From: the human T2T-CHM13v2.0 reference genome, Homo sapiens
Length of the DNA: 64,000 bases
Assembly: GCF_009914755.1 (NCBI RefSeq)
Contig: NC_060941.1
Direction: 5' to 3' (one strand)
The stretch's first letter is position 1; each line of letters starts with the position of its first letter. Below are positions 14,493-28,383 of this stretch, one piece after another. The notes under the pieces were generated by a model. That model worked only from the letters and a program-made list of their open reading frames with translations. It was not told where the DNA came from and searched no databases. The position numbers and the translations under genes are program-made.

Positions 14493-14830
14493 CTTATTTT
14501 TATTTTATTATTATTTTTTTTTTAGTGACTTGGTCTTGCTCTGTTGCTCATGCTGGAGTGCAGTGCAGTGGCACAATCATAACTCACTGCAGCCTTTAAC
14601 TCCTGGGCCCAAGCGATCCTCCTGCCTCAGCCTCCCAAGTAGCTAGGACTGCAGGCATGTGCCATCTTGCTCAGCTAATTTTTTTCCTTATTATTATTAT
14701 TATTATTATTATTATTTTATAGAGTCTCACTATGTTGCCCAGGCTGGTCTCGAACTACTGGCCTCAAGTAATCCTCCTGCCTCAGCCTCCCAAAGTGCTG
14801 GAATTACAGGTGTGAACTACCTTGTCTGGC
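14493..14830 (-). mobile_element. AluJ-like with (TTA)n in the linker, just upstream of the exon 10 acceptor
   Basis: Reverse Alu consensus; (TTA)n at about 14688-14716. Confidence 0.9.
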
Positions 14831-16154
14831 GCTGGGGGCTTCACTTTTGCACCTTTGGCCTCCCACTGACCCCCCACCTGCCCACCAAGAAAAAAGCTTC
14901 AGAAAGAGTCAAACAAGAAAACTCCTTTCCAAGAGTTGATTCTGAGTTAATCCCAGCCAGAGAGACGTATTGGACACATAGGATGCCATTTATTAAATTA
15001 TGCATTCATGCACTCATTCATTCATGCAAACCTATGTTAAGCTTCAAGTATGTGCCAGGCTCTGTGCTAAATGCTGAGAATGCAACACAACAGAGCAATT
15101 AAGGACTCCAGTGTCAGAAAGCTGGGGTTCAAGTTCTGCCTCTGACTAGCAGTGTGAACTTGGGATGTTTTTTAGCCTCTCTGAGCCTCAACATCCCCAT
15201 TATCAGAATAGAAACATAGCATCAAATTCATGGAATTATTATAAAGCTAGTAATATCATTCACTTGTATATTCAGTTATTCCACAAATATTTATAACTGA
15301 GCACCTACTATGTGCCAGGCACTCTGCTAGCTGTTGGGTATACATTGTGAACAGAAAAGAAAAGATCTCCACCCTCAAGGAACTTGTAGTCTAATGTCTA
15401 GACTCTAGATTATAAATGGGTAAACAAATATATAAGAAATAAAAACAAGATGATGTGTTAGACTGAGGGTAAGGGGGCCTCCTCTAGCTTGAGTGGTCAG
15501 AGAGCCTTCTCAGAGGAGGTGACATTATAGGAAATACCTTTTGACAAGAAGAAATGAGCCTAGAAAAATTCTGAGGAAAAGGCATGTCATGCAAAGGGAA
15601 CAGGGAGTACAAAGGCTGTGAGTCAGGACTGAATTTGGTTCATTCAACGGCCAGGAAGAAGAGCCCAGCCCAATGTCTGCTACAGAGTAAATCTCAATAC
15701 GCAGAGGTATTTTTGCAATTATGAGAACTGCCTAGAGCAGGGGCTGGGCCAGTAGGACTTTTGAAGTCACTGCAGCCCTATATGATCCCGACAGGAGAGG
15801 GACAGCTAAGAGCATTGGCAGGAGGGCAGAAGAGGCCTGGGCTGCTCCTTTCTAGAATCTCAATGCATTCCTCTCCTGCAGTCACTGCTTCTCAAGCTCC
15901 TGGGGCCCCATCCGCCTAAGCCTCTGCTTCCCCTCAGCATCAACACATCCACCTGTCTGAGGCCCGAGGTGCCAGTGCAGAATGGCTGCAGAATGCAACA
16001 GTGACAAAAGAGTCCTTGAAGGCCAGCCCCCTGAGTGTCACCTGCTGCTGGCTGGGCTTTAGGGAAGGTATGGGGAAGGCTGGAGCCGCACTTAGGAAAG
16101 GAGAAGGGCTGTGTGTTGACTCGCCCTTGCCCCCAGCACCCTCAGCCTACTTAC

Positions 16155-16294
16155 TTGGGATGTTCCATGGCCACCTCAAGCACAAGGTCAGGTGGGATTT
16201 CGAAGAGCTCAGGGTCACGGCCATTGGCCTGCAGGACCAGGGGGACCACATCGAAGCGGCCGTACTTGGGCTTCCAGCCCAGGTCGATGCACAG
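16155..16294 (-). CDS. NOS2: NOS2 exon 9 (140 nt)
   Basis: [47 protein letters not shown]. Confidence 0.97.
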
Positions 16295-16423
16295 CTGGGG
16301 AACAAGACGGGCCCTGTGAGTCTGTAAGCCCGGGCTGCGTGTCTCCTCTGGGCTCCACTCTGTCACTCGCTCACCACGGGGCTCCCCGCCCCAATGGCCG
16401 GCGGCTGAGGCTGGGCCGGGTAC

Positions 16424-16565
16424 CTGAGTGAATTCCACGTTGGCAGGGTCCCCTCTGATGCTGCCATCTGGCATCTGGTAGCCAGCATAGCGGATGAGCT
16501 GAGCATTCCACACCCGGAAGTCGTGCTTGCCATCACTCCGCTGGGGGAACACGGTGATGGCCGAC
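16424..16565 (-). CDS. NOS2: NOS2 exon 8 (142 nt)
   Basis: [47 protein letters not shown]. Confidence 0.97.
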
Positions 16566-17386
16566 CTTCCCAGGACAGGAACAGTACTGTTTACCACCTA
16601 GCCCTGGTGGGGGCCCAGCCATCCTGCACTGGCCCTACCTCCCTCTCCACCCTACCTGCTCTGCAGCCCCTGATCCCAAGCTGACTGAGCCAGCCTCCTG
16701 ACATGCCTTCTCCTGCTGCCCTCCCTCAAGACCCAGGGTCCACCCCCTCAAGGGGGCCTTCCCATCCATCAGGCAGGGTTAGCTGATCTGCCAGTCTTTC
16801 CCTCACTGCCTATGTCTCCGTCCTTGCAGTTGAGTTAGCTGGTTGCCTGTCTAGTGCAGGTCATAGGCTCACACCAGCTGGAGCAGCATCTTAGGGTCCT
16901 AGTCACTCTTCCTCCTACCCCCCCATACCCCATCTTCCCCCTGCTCTCCCAGCCTTGTCCTGTGTTGAGTTGCATTAGGTAGGCACTGAGTGTTTGCTGA
17001 ACAAAAAGATGAATGAATGACCAAATGAGCTGTTCAGTCCTATTAGCTTTGACCTCGTTGGTTGGGAGAGGAAGGTAACCTCTTAATGTCCCATGCCTTC
17101 TAAAAAATGGGAGCCCCAACCCTGAATAGTGAAGCAGTTACTTCTTAAAGATCCTCCATCCCCTCCAAGTGGCTCCACATCAGAAGGAAACCAAGGGCAT
17201 GGGTTGCCGATGGGAGCTGAGCTCACAGGGGCTGGGCTCACTACTGGAAGTCCCCGAAGAAGCCTGAGTCTTTCTCTTTTTTCTTTCTCCCTGGAGATGC
17301 CTCCCCTAGACCCAAGTGCTGCATCTTTTGGCTAAGATTCTCAGGCAAGGCAAGCCCCTCTGCAGCCCTGGGAAACGTGCACCGAC

Positions 17387-17478
17387 CTGATGTTGCCATT
17401 GTTGGTGGAGTAACGCACGTGTCTGCAGATGTGTTCAAACATTTCCCGGGCAGTGGAACAGCTGCGGGCATCGAAGAC
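17387..17478 (-). CDS. NOS2: NOS2 exon 7 (92 nt)
   Basis: [31 protein letters not shown]. Confidence 0.97.
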
Positions 17479-17572
17479 CTGCAACAGCCCATCCAGACCA
17501 TGCCCATCAAAGACTGGGTAGACAGAGGCTTTGAGGCTGATCAGAAGTCACTGGGAATCAATAGTGCAGCCG

Positions 17573-17677
17573 AAACACTCAACACACAAACACTCAACAC
17601 CATGCCGAAGAGTGCAGCCTCCAATCTGCACCTGCCACTCAACACCATGCAGAAGAATTCAGCCTCCCATCTGCACC
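17573..17677. repeat. Local tandem duplication (45-bp unit, two copies, plus a 15-bp unit)
   Basis: CACTCAACACCATGC.GAAGA.T.CAGCCTCC.ATCTGCACC at 17591 and 17636. Confidence 0.85.
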
Positions 17678-18315
17678 ACCGCTCCCATTTCATGGCTGCC
17701 CTCTAGGGGAGCACAGGCAACCCCACTCAGAAGACCCCAGCAAACCCAGAATTCCAAGAAAACCTGACTTGAAAGCACCATGAATCGGGATTGCCACAGC
17801 CCCAGGCTAGGTCCTTTCCCACACCAGCACATACTACACAGCCAGAGTTGGTTTCACTGGCAGTTCTAATCGATTTCTCTGTCCAAGTGCTTTTGATATT
17901 ATCCTGCAACAAATGATTCCCCAACAAAAAGATGGCCTAGGAGGCTAGGCTAAATAAAATGTTCTCTTGGAGCCAAGAATTCAAGCATTGGAGGAAAACA
18001 ACACATCTTGCAGCACCACGGCCTCAAGTGTAATAAAAACAAGGTCGTGGTTTACTCTAATGATGGCATTTAGTCTCCTGAATTTAACACAATAGAGAAT
18101 GGGCAGCTAGAAACCCTGGTGCTGAAACAGGATTCAAGGCTTCTAGAGAGGGACCCTAGGTGCCCCATCTCAACATTTGGGAATGTAAGAGAGGATCCAG
18201 GGCCATGGCTTCAGTCCCAGGAGGCCTGGGCACAGCTCTGTGTGGCTGTTCCAAGCCATCTGCTCAGGGCCTGGCCGCCTCCAGCTCTCTCCCGCTCAAG
18301 TCTAAGGAAGTTCAC

Positions 18316-18478
18316 CTGCAGGTTGGACCACTGGATCCTCCCAATGCAGCGTGGGGCATTGCGCCAGGCCTGCTTGGTGGCGAAGATGAGCTCATCTCCC
18401 GTCAGTTGGTAGGTTCCTGTTGTTTCTATCTCCTTTGTTACCGCTTCCACCCTGGCCAGATGTTCCTCTATTTTTGCC
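18316..18478 (-). CDS. NOS2: NOS2 exon 6 (163 nt), heme-thiolate Cys motif
   Basis: [25 protein letters not shown]...[18 protein letters not shown], the NOS signature. Confidence 0.98.
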
Positions 18479-19503
18479 CTGGGGGACAGGAAGACAGCAG
18501 GAAGATCAACAATGAGATGGCCTTACATGGGGATTAATTCAATCCACAGAAGCAGGAACTGAAATAGGACATCAGAAGGGCAAGATGCCTCTCACCAGAG
18601 ACAGCTCCCTCCAGGGCTGGCTTTGGGGACCTCACACTTAGCCTAGAAGCACCCCACGCTCAATGCTCTGCTGTCCCCATCTTGAAATTCTTAATCATTT
18701 TAAAATAAAGAGCCCACATTTTCATTTTTACATTGAGTCCTATAAATACTACCTAGCCAGTCCTGAGCCCATGGGAACACTGCTTATTTTCAGGTGCTTT
18801 TTCTTTAATCATATTCATCTCAGTAAGGGGTGCAATCCTTCTCAGACACTTGCAAGCCTGGGAGGAGTGTCCCATCCAGCCATAGCAATGTCCTGCCTCT
18901 CCATTAGTTAGTAGAGTGCCCTCCTTCCTTGCCATGACTGAGAGATGAGCCAGTCCCTCCGTGGCAGCTCCGGTGTACTGGGTACCCACATGAGCCAGGC
19001 ACTGGGTGAAGCAACCCACAGGCAGGGTCTCACTGAGTCTGGGAGGGAGGTATTTTTGCATCTATTTTATAGCCAAGGATCTCAAGGCTCTAGGAGGTTA
19101 AGTACCAGGCCCAGGAACATAAGTACAGGAAAGAGCAAAGTCAGGACTCAGACCCAGGTTGCCCTGATGCCAAGCCCAGGTTCTTAACTGTCAGCAACGT
19201 GACCTTCCATCTTCCACCCTACGGGGACAGTAAGCCCAAAGATGTTGAGGGCCTGCCCACCCTTCTCAGGAGCCTGGTCAAGCCAGGACTGGGACCTGGC
19301 TATCGGAGCTCAGTCTGCAGGGTCCCAGGGCCTGGCCAGAAAAGAGCTGCCCACGTCATAGTCTCTCTAAACCGTGCTGTTCCTCAGCCTCAGAATTGCT
19401 CATTCAGTCACTCCATATGCAATTCTAAACTTGCTTCTCTCCTCCCCTCCCAGACTTCAAAAATATCCCAAAGGGAGGGAGGGACTCAGTCAGAAAGGCT
19501 TTG

Positions 19504-19506
<3 letters not shown>

Positions 19507-19537
<31 letters not shown>

Positions 19538-19560
19538 CCACCACCAACAACAACAACAAC
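19507..19560. repeat. (CA)n followed by (CCA)/(CAA)n
   Basis: Read directly. Confidence 0.9.
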
Positions 19561-20789
19561 CTTGAGATTTCCAGTCAGCACCAAAGCCTTTTGAAACAGC
19601 ATCAAAACTATTTAAAGAATGAACTCCTGATTAAGGAGAGTGGGTAACTCTGAACAAAATGGCCTTTCTGTGGATGAAGAGTGTCTCGACAACTTTTCCT
19701 TGATTAGAGAAAAAAAGCACAAAGACAAAACACTGATGATATTTATCCCCAAGGACACCCCTGCCATAAGGAGCTGCTGGGTGAGGTGGGAACCACCCCA
19801 CTGCTGGGAGACCTCCCTCCCCAAACAAAGCTTCCAGCAATATTCCCCCCTCTGCACCTGAGCATGACAACAGTAATGATCACCATAACACCCACACCAC
19901 CAACACACATGGTGGTCAGCACGTGCATATGCAAGAAAGGATTATTTTTTACATTCACATCCAATTCCTTCAGAGTTTTAGATGTGATAGCCATTTTCAT
20001 ATAGTCATTTTCTAAGGCATTAGAAATGCTATGATGTCTATGAGCTCTGAAAAAAAGGAGTGGCTTTCATCATCAGTGAACAGATTTAAATGTAACATGC
20101 AGCAAGTCACAATCTCTAAATATGCTATGATTCTTCAGATACAAAAGGCCACTGAACCTGCTCAGCTGGTCATGTCTTAGATTGCCAGGGTCCCTGTGAG
20201 GAGAGGCTGCCATTCCCCGTTCACACCCCCAGGATCTCTTGCTCAGGGAAGCAGGGGTTCAAGGTATGTACTTGTGACTTGGAAAAATACAATTTTCCTC
20301 TGGGAGAAGCAAATGGGTTCCAACACCACCAAGCATGGCCCTGTAGCCCTGCTGGGCTTCTGAACACCCGCCCAATTGCCTTCCACACAACAGCAAGGCC
20401 TCCCACGTCCAGAATAGAGTTGGGAACCTGCAAGGCCACACAGCTAGGTACTAGAGCATTGATGGGAAAAGCAAGGGCTCAGGCACCAGCTGCCTAGGTT
20501 CGAATCCCCACTCTGGGGCTTCGAAGGGTGTGACTTTGAGCAAGGTACATCTCTTCTGTGGATTTCAGTTGCCTTGTCTGTAAGATGAGGATAACAATAA
20601 TACCAATCTCATAGTGTCATGGTGCACACGTGCTTTATGCTAAATAAATAAATAAATAACATAAGTACTGTGGCCCAATGAAACCCATCCAGGAAAATCC
20701 CTGGACCCCGAAAGGCTCATTAATTAACAACCGAGCTGAAAGGCCAAGGATCTTGTGAAGTTTGCAGTCAGGAAGCAGGCAGCCCCTAA

Positions 20790-20975
20790 CAGGCTGCTCA
20801 ATCCAGGCTGTGCATTAGAATCACCTGGGGAGCTTTTGAAGCACACACATGTCTGCCTCATCCCCATCTCCCCAGATTCTGCTGCCCTTGGCTCAAGGGA
20901 CCCTGCCATCAGAATTTTGCAGGCTTTCCAGGTAAGTCTACTGTGCAGCCAGGGTTGAGGACCACCGACCCTGGA
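20790..20975. mobile_element. MER5-like hAT DNA transposon remnant
   Basis: gctgtgcattagaatcacctggggagctttt...gcagccagggttgaggacca resembles recalled MER5A. Confidence 0.65.
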
Positions 20976-21027
20976 AGATGAGGGCCTCTTCTGAAGACTC
21001 ACGGTCCCTCCCAGCTCAGACATTCTA

Positions 21028-21357
<330 letters not shown>

Positions 21358-21512
21358 CAAAGAAAAGTGGAGGTGGTACCACCAGAAGCCACTCTTTCCG
21401 CCAGGGAGTCCCAGGTACATGTCTGTGGCTCACTTTGTGTGGTGCAGTGCTGTGTGAGGCTCTCCCCTAATAGCAACACTCCCCTTCCAGCCTAGAAAAC
21501 AATCCATTTCTG

Positions 21513-21865
<353 letters not shown>

Positions 21866-22731
21866 TTACAATCTCTTCATGCATTTTTGTTTTAAAAGTT
21901 TTAAAGGGGCCTAAATTACATAGCCACATATTTTATTTGGACAACGCAGTGTTCTAAAAACATGAAAATGGCTAATACTTATGTCGTGCTTACTGTGGCC
22001 CAGGCATTGTTCCTAGCTCTATATTCTTTAACTCCTTTCATCTTTATAAACTCCCGCCAACTACCCTCCTCCTGCAAGGTGGGTACTATTATTATCACCA
22101 TTTTCGGTAAGAAAATCAAGGCATAGAGAGACAAAGTAACTTGCCCAGGGTTACTCAGCTCGTAAGGGGCACAGCTAGGATTTGAACCTGGGAAGGCCAC
22201 AATGCTATACAACCTCTCTTTGGATGATTAAAATTGTATACGTTGGCAATAAAATTGGCAAATGACAATTAAAAATCTTTGTATTCCAGTGTCTGACACA
22301 AGGCTGAGGCATACTCAGTGCCTGATGTGTGTCTGTCAACCAAATGACCAATTGGCCATAGAAATGAAGGATGTCTAGCATGGTCCTCAGGGAAGCCTCA
22401 CTGGGTAGAAAAAAGAAGAGAACTCCAGAAATGTAGAACCCCACCAGGGTCAGGGCAAAGAGCAATGGCCTGCCCTCTCCTAGTCAGGTGGCCTGGCTTC
22501 TAGCTGGAATGAGGTGACTTCAGGTATGTCACCAGCTTCCATGTTCACACCTGTAGGAGTAGGGGCCTGACTAGGTGGTCTCAGAGATCCTTTCTGTCTC
22601 AAACATTTCATAATTAAAGGGTCCATATTAATTCACAATCAAGGTCTCTGGATGCCAGGACACTGTTCTGAACTTACTGAATCCTCACAAAAATCTCATG
22701 AGCCACCTTCTGTTATTATCCCCATTTTATA

Positions 22732-22770
22732 TTAGGTTGGTGCAAAAGTAGTTGCAGTTTTTGCCATTAA
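22732..22770. mobile_element. Half MADE1 (Hsmar1-derived MITE) inserted in a MIR
   Basis: TTAGGTTGGTGCAAAAGTAGTTGCAGTTTTTGCCATTAA matches one MADE1 TIR arm. Confidence 0.8.
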
Positions 22771-23048
22771 TATGATGAGGACGTTCAGACACAATGCGGG
22801 AGCCAGGGTTCGAATTCAGTCACTTTTAACTGGTATTGCTATGTACAACGTTATCCCACAATTATGAGAACCTGCTCCAGGGTCTTCTCCCCTAGAAAAC
22901 CGTGATTTTCGCTCTGCAAAATCATAGTGATTTAACACCACAAATCTGGAAAGAAAAGGGATCTAGCTAGGATCAGAGGGTGATGGGTAGAGACAGGAGA
23001 GCAGGAGGAAGGGCAGGAGGCAGCGACCCTGCAGGAGGCAAGCCTTAC

Positions 23049-23197
23049 TCTTTGAAGGAGCCGTAATATTGGTTGACAAATTCGATAGCTTGAGGTAGAA
23101 GCTCATCTGGAGGGGTAGGCTTGTCCCTGGGTCCTCTGGTCAAACTTTTGGGAGTCATAATGGACCCCAGGCAAGATTTGGACCTGCAAGTTAAAAT
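23049..23197 (-). CDS. NOS2: NOS2 exon 5 (149 nt), Zn-binding CxxxxC motif
   Basis: [50 protein letters not shown]. Confidence 0.97.
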
Positions 23198-23566
23198 CTG
23201 GAAAGAGAGAGGCAGGTGGTGAGGGTGGGCCATTCGGCCTCTTGCCACCCTCCTCTGGGGCCAGCTCTCCTGGCCACCTGGCTCCTCTCTGGCTGCTCCG
23301 GCTCCCTGCACCTCTTCTCCACCCCTGTGGCACCTCCTCCTTGGGGTCCACCTGGCTTTCTCCCACCTAGATCTCCTCTCTTCCACTGGCTGAACCCCAG
23401 TGGGTGTGAGTCAGGTTTTTCTCCCTACTCCGGACTCAGTCTCTGGCCCTGCTCCCCAGCCAGCTCCAGATCCAGAGCAAAGTCAATCCAATATGGCTCC
23501 TATGGGAACATGATATTGGTATTTGGCCAAAACAAACTGAAATGAGACATAGGAAGGCACACGCGT

Positions 23567-23569
<3 letters not shown>

Positions 23570-23604
<35 letters not shown>
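23570..23604. repeat. (CA)n microsatellite (intron 4)
   Basis: Read directly. Confidence 0.92.
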
Positions 23605-23606
<2 letters not shown>

Positions 23607-24189
23607 ATGAAGTACACCCGAATGTTAACTGTGGTGGTTTGGGGGCATGTGGGAAATAATTTTGCTTTCATGGTCCTGAAATTGTCCATTCTTTCCCACT
23701 TTACAACCATAGAATGTATCCTGAAGTTAGAATTAAAAACTTACATGACAGAAAGAAGCCTGAAAAGACATTTAGTCCAACCACTCACAGGATACTTGAA
23801 CCCCTCTGCAATCTATCAAATTGCATTTAAATCCTTCCAGTGACAGGGAGCTCACTACCTCCTGATGTAATACAGTCCAGCTCTGAGCAGTTCTGTTAGA
23901 AAATTCTCCCTGACATTATCCTGAAATCCGGCTAAGAAAGATATGAATTTGTTTCTGCAATCATTTATTTGACCTTCTGGATTATCCATTATTTACTGGG
24001 GTGGTTAACAGGGAGTTGGCATCATTTACTTCCTACTGTAATCTGTGAGGAATGTCTCTGTTCCTAGACCCCTTTGCCCAAGCAGATGATTGTTTGGTTT
24101 GCCCAGGGGGACACCTGTTTGATCCACAAAGCCCTGGCAGCTTCACCAGCTTGGGACAAAGGTGGTTCTCCCTGAAGCCCCAGACTTAC

Positions 24190-24312
24190 CCCTTTGGCCT
24201 TATGGTGAAGTGTGTCTTGGAAAGTCATCCCGCTGCCCCAGTTTTTGATCCTCACATGCCGTGGGGAGGACAATGGGGTTGCATCCAGCTTGACCAGAGA
24301 TTCTGGAGACTT
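24190..24312 (-). CDS. NOS2: NOS2 exon 4 (123 nt)
   Basis: [41 protein letters not shown]. Confidence 0.97.
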
Positions 24313-24984
24313 CTGCAAGGGGAAAAAACAGGGTTTTCTCTCAGGTCTCTCCTAGACCCCAGGCCCTGCCTTGTCTTAGAGTGGGGAAGGATCTATGGGT
24401 GGCCACACAGGGCAGGGTGTCCCTCCACGTCCCTCCTCTGTTTCCAGCCCCCGGGCGACCTGGGCCAGTGCCTGCTAAGAGCTCCAGGTGCCTGGGCCAC
24501 TGGCCAGGGTCCTCTCCTCACCCAGGGCCTTGCCAAATGCTTCCTCAGAGGAACTGCTGTAGGAGGGACTAAAGACTAAGTTGGAGGTGAGAAGGATGAC
24601 TGTCAGAGCCAATACTACTGAGAACAGAAAGGCACCACTGCATTCCTTCCCTGGGAGCATGTAAGGACATATAAGCCACCCTCTCTCCCACTCCTACCCA
24701 TTTCTCTGCCCACCTCTCTAGAATGGTATGGAACCCAGGAGATAGAAGCTAGCTGTCAGTGCACCTTGGGGGCCACCACTCCCGACCACTGGGGGTTGTC
24801 TCACTCTCCCAAAGCCCTTCCTCATTCCCACCTGTTCCCCCCAACACCCCGGGTCTGGGACTCTCCACTCTCCATCCAAACCCTGGCTTCCTGCCCTCTC
24901 CAGCCCAGCTCTAACAGGCTGCTATGTCTGCATCTGCCTGGACCAGGGAGGAAGGGGCTTCCCACACCCATGTGACTCACTGAC

Positions 24985-25069
24985 CTTTCCCGTCTCCACG
25001 AGGGGCTGCGGGGACTCATTCTGCTGCTTGCTGAGGTTGTGATACTGAAGGTCATCCTGTGTCACTGGA
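24985..25069 (-). CDS. NOS2: NOS2 exon 3 (85 nt)
   Basis: (S)PVTQDDLQYHNLSKQQNESPQPLVETGK; cacag|TCCA...AAG|gtcagt. Confidence 0.96.
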
Positions 25070-25459
25070 CTGTGAAAGGAAACAGCTAGCATGAGATGCG
25101 GTATCCAAGGGTGGAGGGGCATCTTGGAGTTCCCTCTGCCAGTAACCTCATTTGACAAATAGGGAAACTGAGTCCAGAGGGTGGGAGTGAATTGTTCATG
25201 GTTGGTCTGACCAACTGCCTCCCCATCCCCATCTTCCCTCTTCCTCTTATCTTCTTCCTCCCGCAGAGCCAAAAGGGCATGAGCAGAGCTGAGCCAAAGC
25301 TACTGGCCCAAACAGCAGCCCATAGAGGATCTGGAAAATGCTCCTTCACCCTCTGGAAAAGCCAAGTACAAACGTGGCACAGGGGCTGGGTGGGCAGAGA
25401 ATGGCTCCAACAACTCTGCCTCCCAGACTAGCAGCACTGCCCAGCAGCCACTTGGATTG

Positions 25460-25808
<349 letters not shown>

Positions 25809-26551
25809 TAAAACACGTGATTTATCTTGGTTTATTTACTTATTCTACATTTCTATTACAGAAAATGTTAAGTGTACAAAAGTAGAGAGAATAGTCTAAT
25901 AACCTTCCATGGGCCCTTCACCCAGATTCAACCCAATTCAACAGTGATCAATCCACGGCTGATCTTGTTTCACCTATACCTTCCCTGCCCCCATCATTAT
26001 TTTAAAACAAATCTAAGATGTCAACTTACCTTCACCAAGGTAAAAACAAGTATTGTAAAAATTAGCATTAAATTACAGATTACTTACAAATTAAATTAAA
26101 CATTACTTAAAGTAATTTTTTAAATTAAAGATTACTTAAAAATTCAGTATTCTGAAACCGGTCAGAAACCGTTTGTCCTGGTTTGGGATTTCAGGTTCAT
26201 TCCGGCGAACTGAATAGTCACCACTCACACATGCCTCCCCTAGGAAGAATCATCCCACCAGGGCACCTTGGTTTGAAAGCATATTGTGTTCCATGTTCTT
26301 GGCAGTATTTTCCAGGGTATGCATGCTTGTGCATCTGAGGGAGAGGTGGTTAGAGACTATTATGAGGGTCTCACATTTTCTACTTGATATGTATCTATGA
26401 TGTTGAAATGCGATAAATGACCATGTATTGCTTTTATTATAGAAAAAAATGACTATATGTTACCATTATATCATTAATTATATACATTACATAGTAGCAG
26501 TAAGTGATTTTTTACTATAAAGAGATACTGTCTTAAAAGAGGATGTAAGTA

Positions 26552-27120
26552 TGTATCAGAAAGCAACTTATATCTGAATCAAGGGATTCCACAACCCTGT
26601 AAAGGGCCTTCCATGTGACCAACCATTGCCAACTGGCAAAGATGCTTTGCTTAGCCAAACTTTACTCAGACTTCTGAATCTTCTGCGGGGCCCATCCAAG
26701 CATTTCCTTGTAAAAATGCAGTTTTAGCAAAAGAATCCCTACTTAGTCAGTTTAACAAGAACCCTCCATCCTTGATAGCTTGTCGTCCTCCCCATCTGAT
26801 CAGGGTCCTCATCCTCCATCCTCCCCCAGGCGATGTCTGATCACCTTAGCCTGTCCTAAGCAAGAATCCTGTTAGGTTGGGTGAGGCAGAATTCCCCCTA
26901 TGCCTGAAGTTTTTCTTGGTAATTTTCCATCCACAGACCCCACCCTGATCCTTGGCTATAAATTCCCACTTGCTCCTGCTGTATTTGGATTTGGGCCCAA
27001 TCTCTCTCCTCCACTGCCAGACCCCACTGCAGTAGGTCCCTGTACCTATTGAGATGGTCCTAAATAAAGACTTCCATACTGTTCTTTAACAAGTATCATT
27101 GAATACTTTTTTCTTTAACA
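26552..27120 (+). mobile_element. ERV1-class solo LTR (MER39/MER34-like), antisense to NOS2
   Basis: TG...CA ends; TATAAA at 26957-26962; AATAAA at 27063-27068; ends ...ttttctttaaca. Confidence 0.65.
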
Positions 27121-27150
27121 CACCTGGTCTAGACTGGTGTGGCCTGCCAG

Positions 27151-27185
<35 letters not shown>

Positions 27186-28061
27186 AAAACAAAACAAAAA
27201 TATATATATATATGGCAATCTGGATATTCAGAACAGATAAGCCATGGCTGAGCAGTCACCATGGGGCTGCTTCAATAGGAAGATGTATGGGGGATGGGGT
27301 CCCCAGGGGACAACTGCCCCTCTTGCTCTTTTGCCATTCCCCCTCACCCCAGCACCCACCCTGCACCCATTCTTGCTTCCTCTCACTTACTTCTGGAAGT
27401 AGAGTTGGACAATTTCAGAAGCTTCAGACCAGAAACATCTACAGTACTGTTTAGATTGAGAAGCAATGTCTTTGTACATTTAACATAATCATTTTACCCC
27501 ATATATTAAAAAGTATCACTTTTAAAAGTTGGCTAAAAATCCACTCTACAGATGGGCCACGATTAGCCTGGTCCCATTGTCCATGGCTGGATGTTAGACT
27601 GTGTCTAGTTTTGCCCTCATATAAATAATGCCTTAAACTGTATACACAGTCTGATGCTGGCTGTGTGTGTGTGTGTGCGTACAAGCACAGAAAAACACCT
27701 CGAGGGAATGTTAGTAAATGTTAACAGTGACTAGCATTAAGTGATAAGATCATAGGCAATTTAACTTTTCTTATACTTTTCCACATCTTCCAACTTTTTA
27801 CAGTGACAATGAATTCCTTTCATAATTGGACAATTCTTTAAATTTGAAAAATGAATAAACAAAGTTTTGCCCAAGTCCCCTCCCACACCATTTCTTCTGG
27901 CTGGCTGCTGGGAGACAGGGTGACAGGGTGACCAGACTCCAGGTGAGCACCTTCAGAATCTGGACACTTCTTTCCAAATTATCACATTGTTGATTCTGAC
28001 CCCGCAGACGCTCGTGCAATTTGACTAAACCCACAGCTGTGCGGGGTCCTGAGGACCCTCA

Positions 28062-28383
<322 letters not shown>

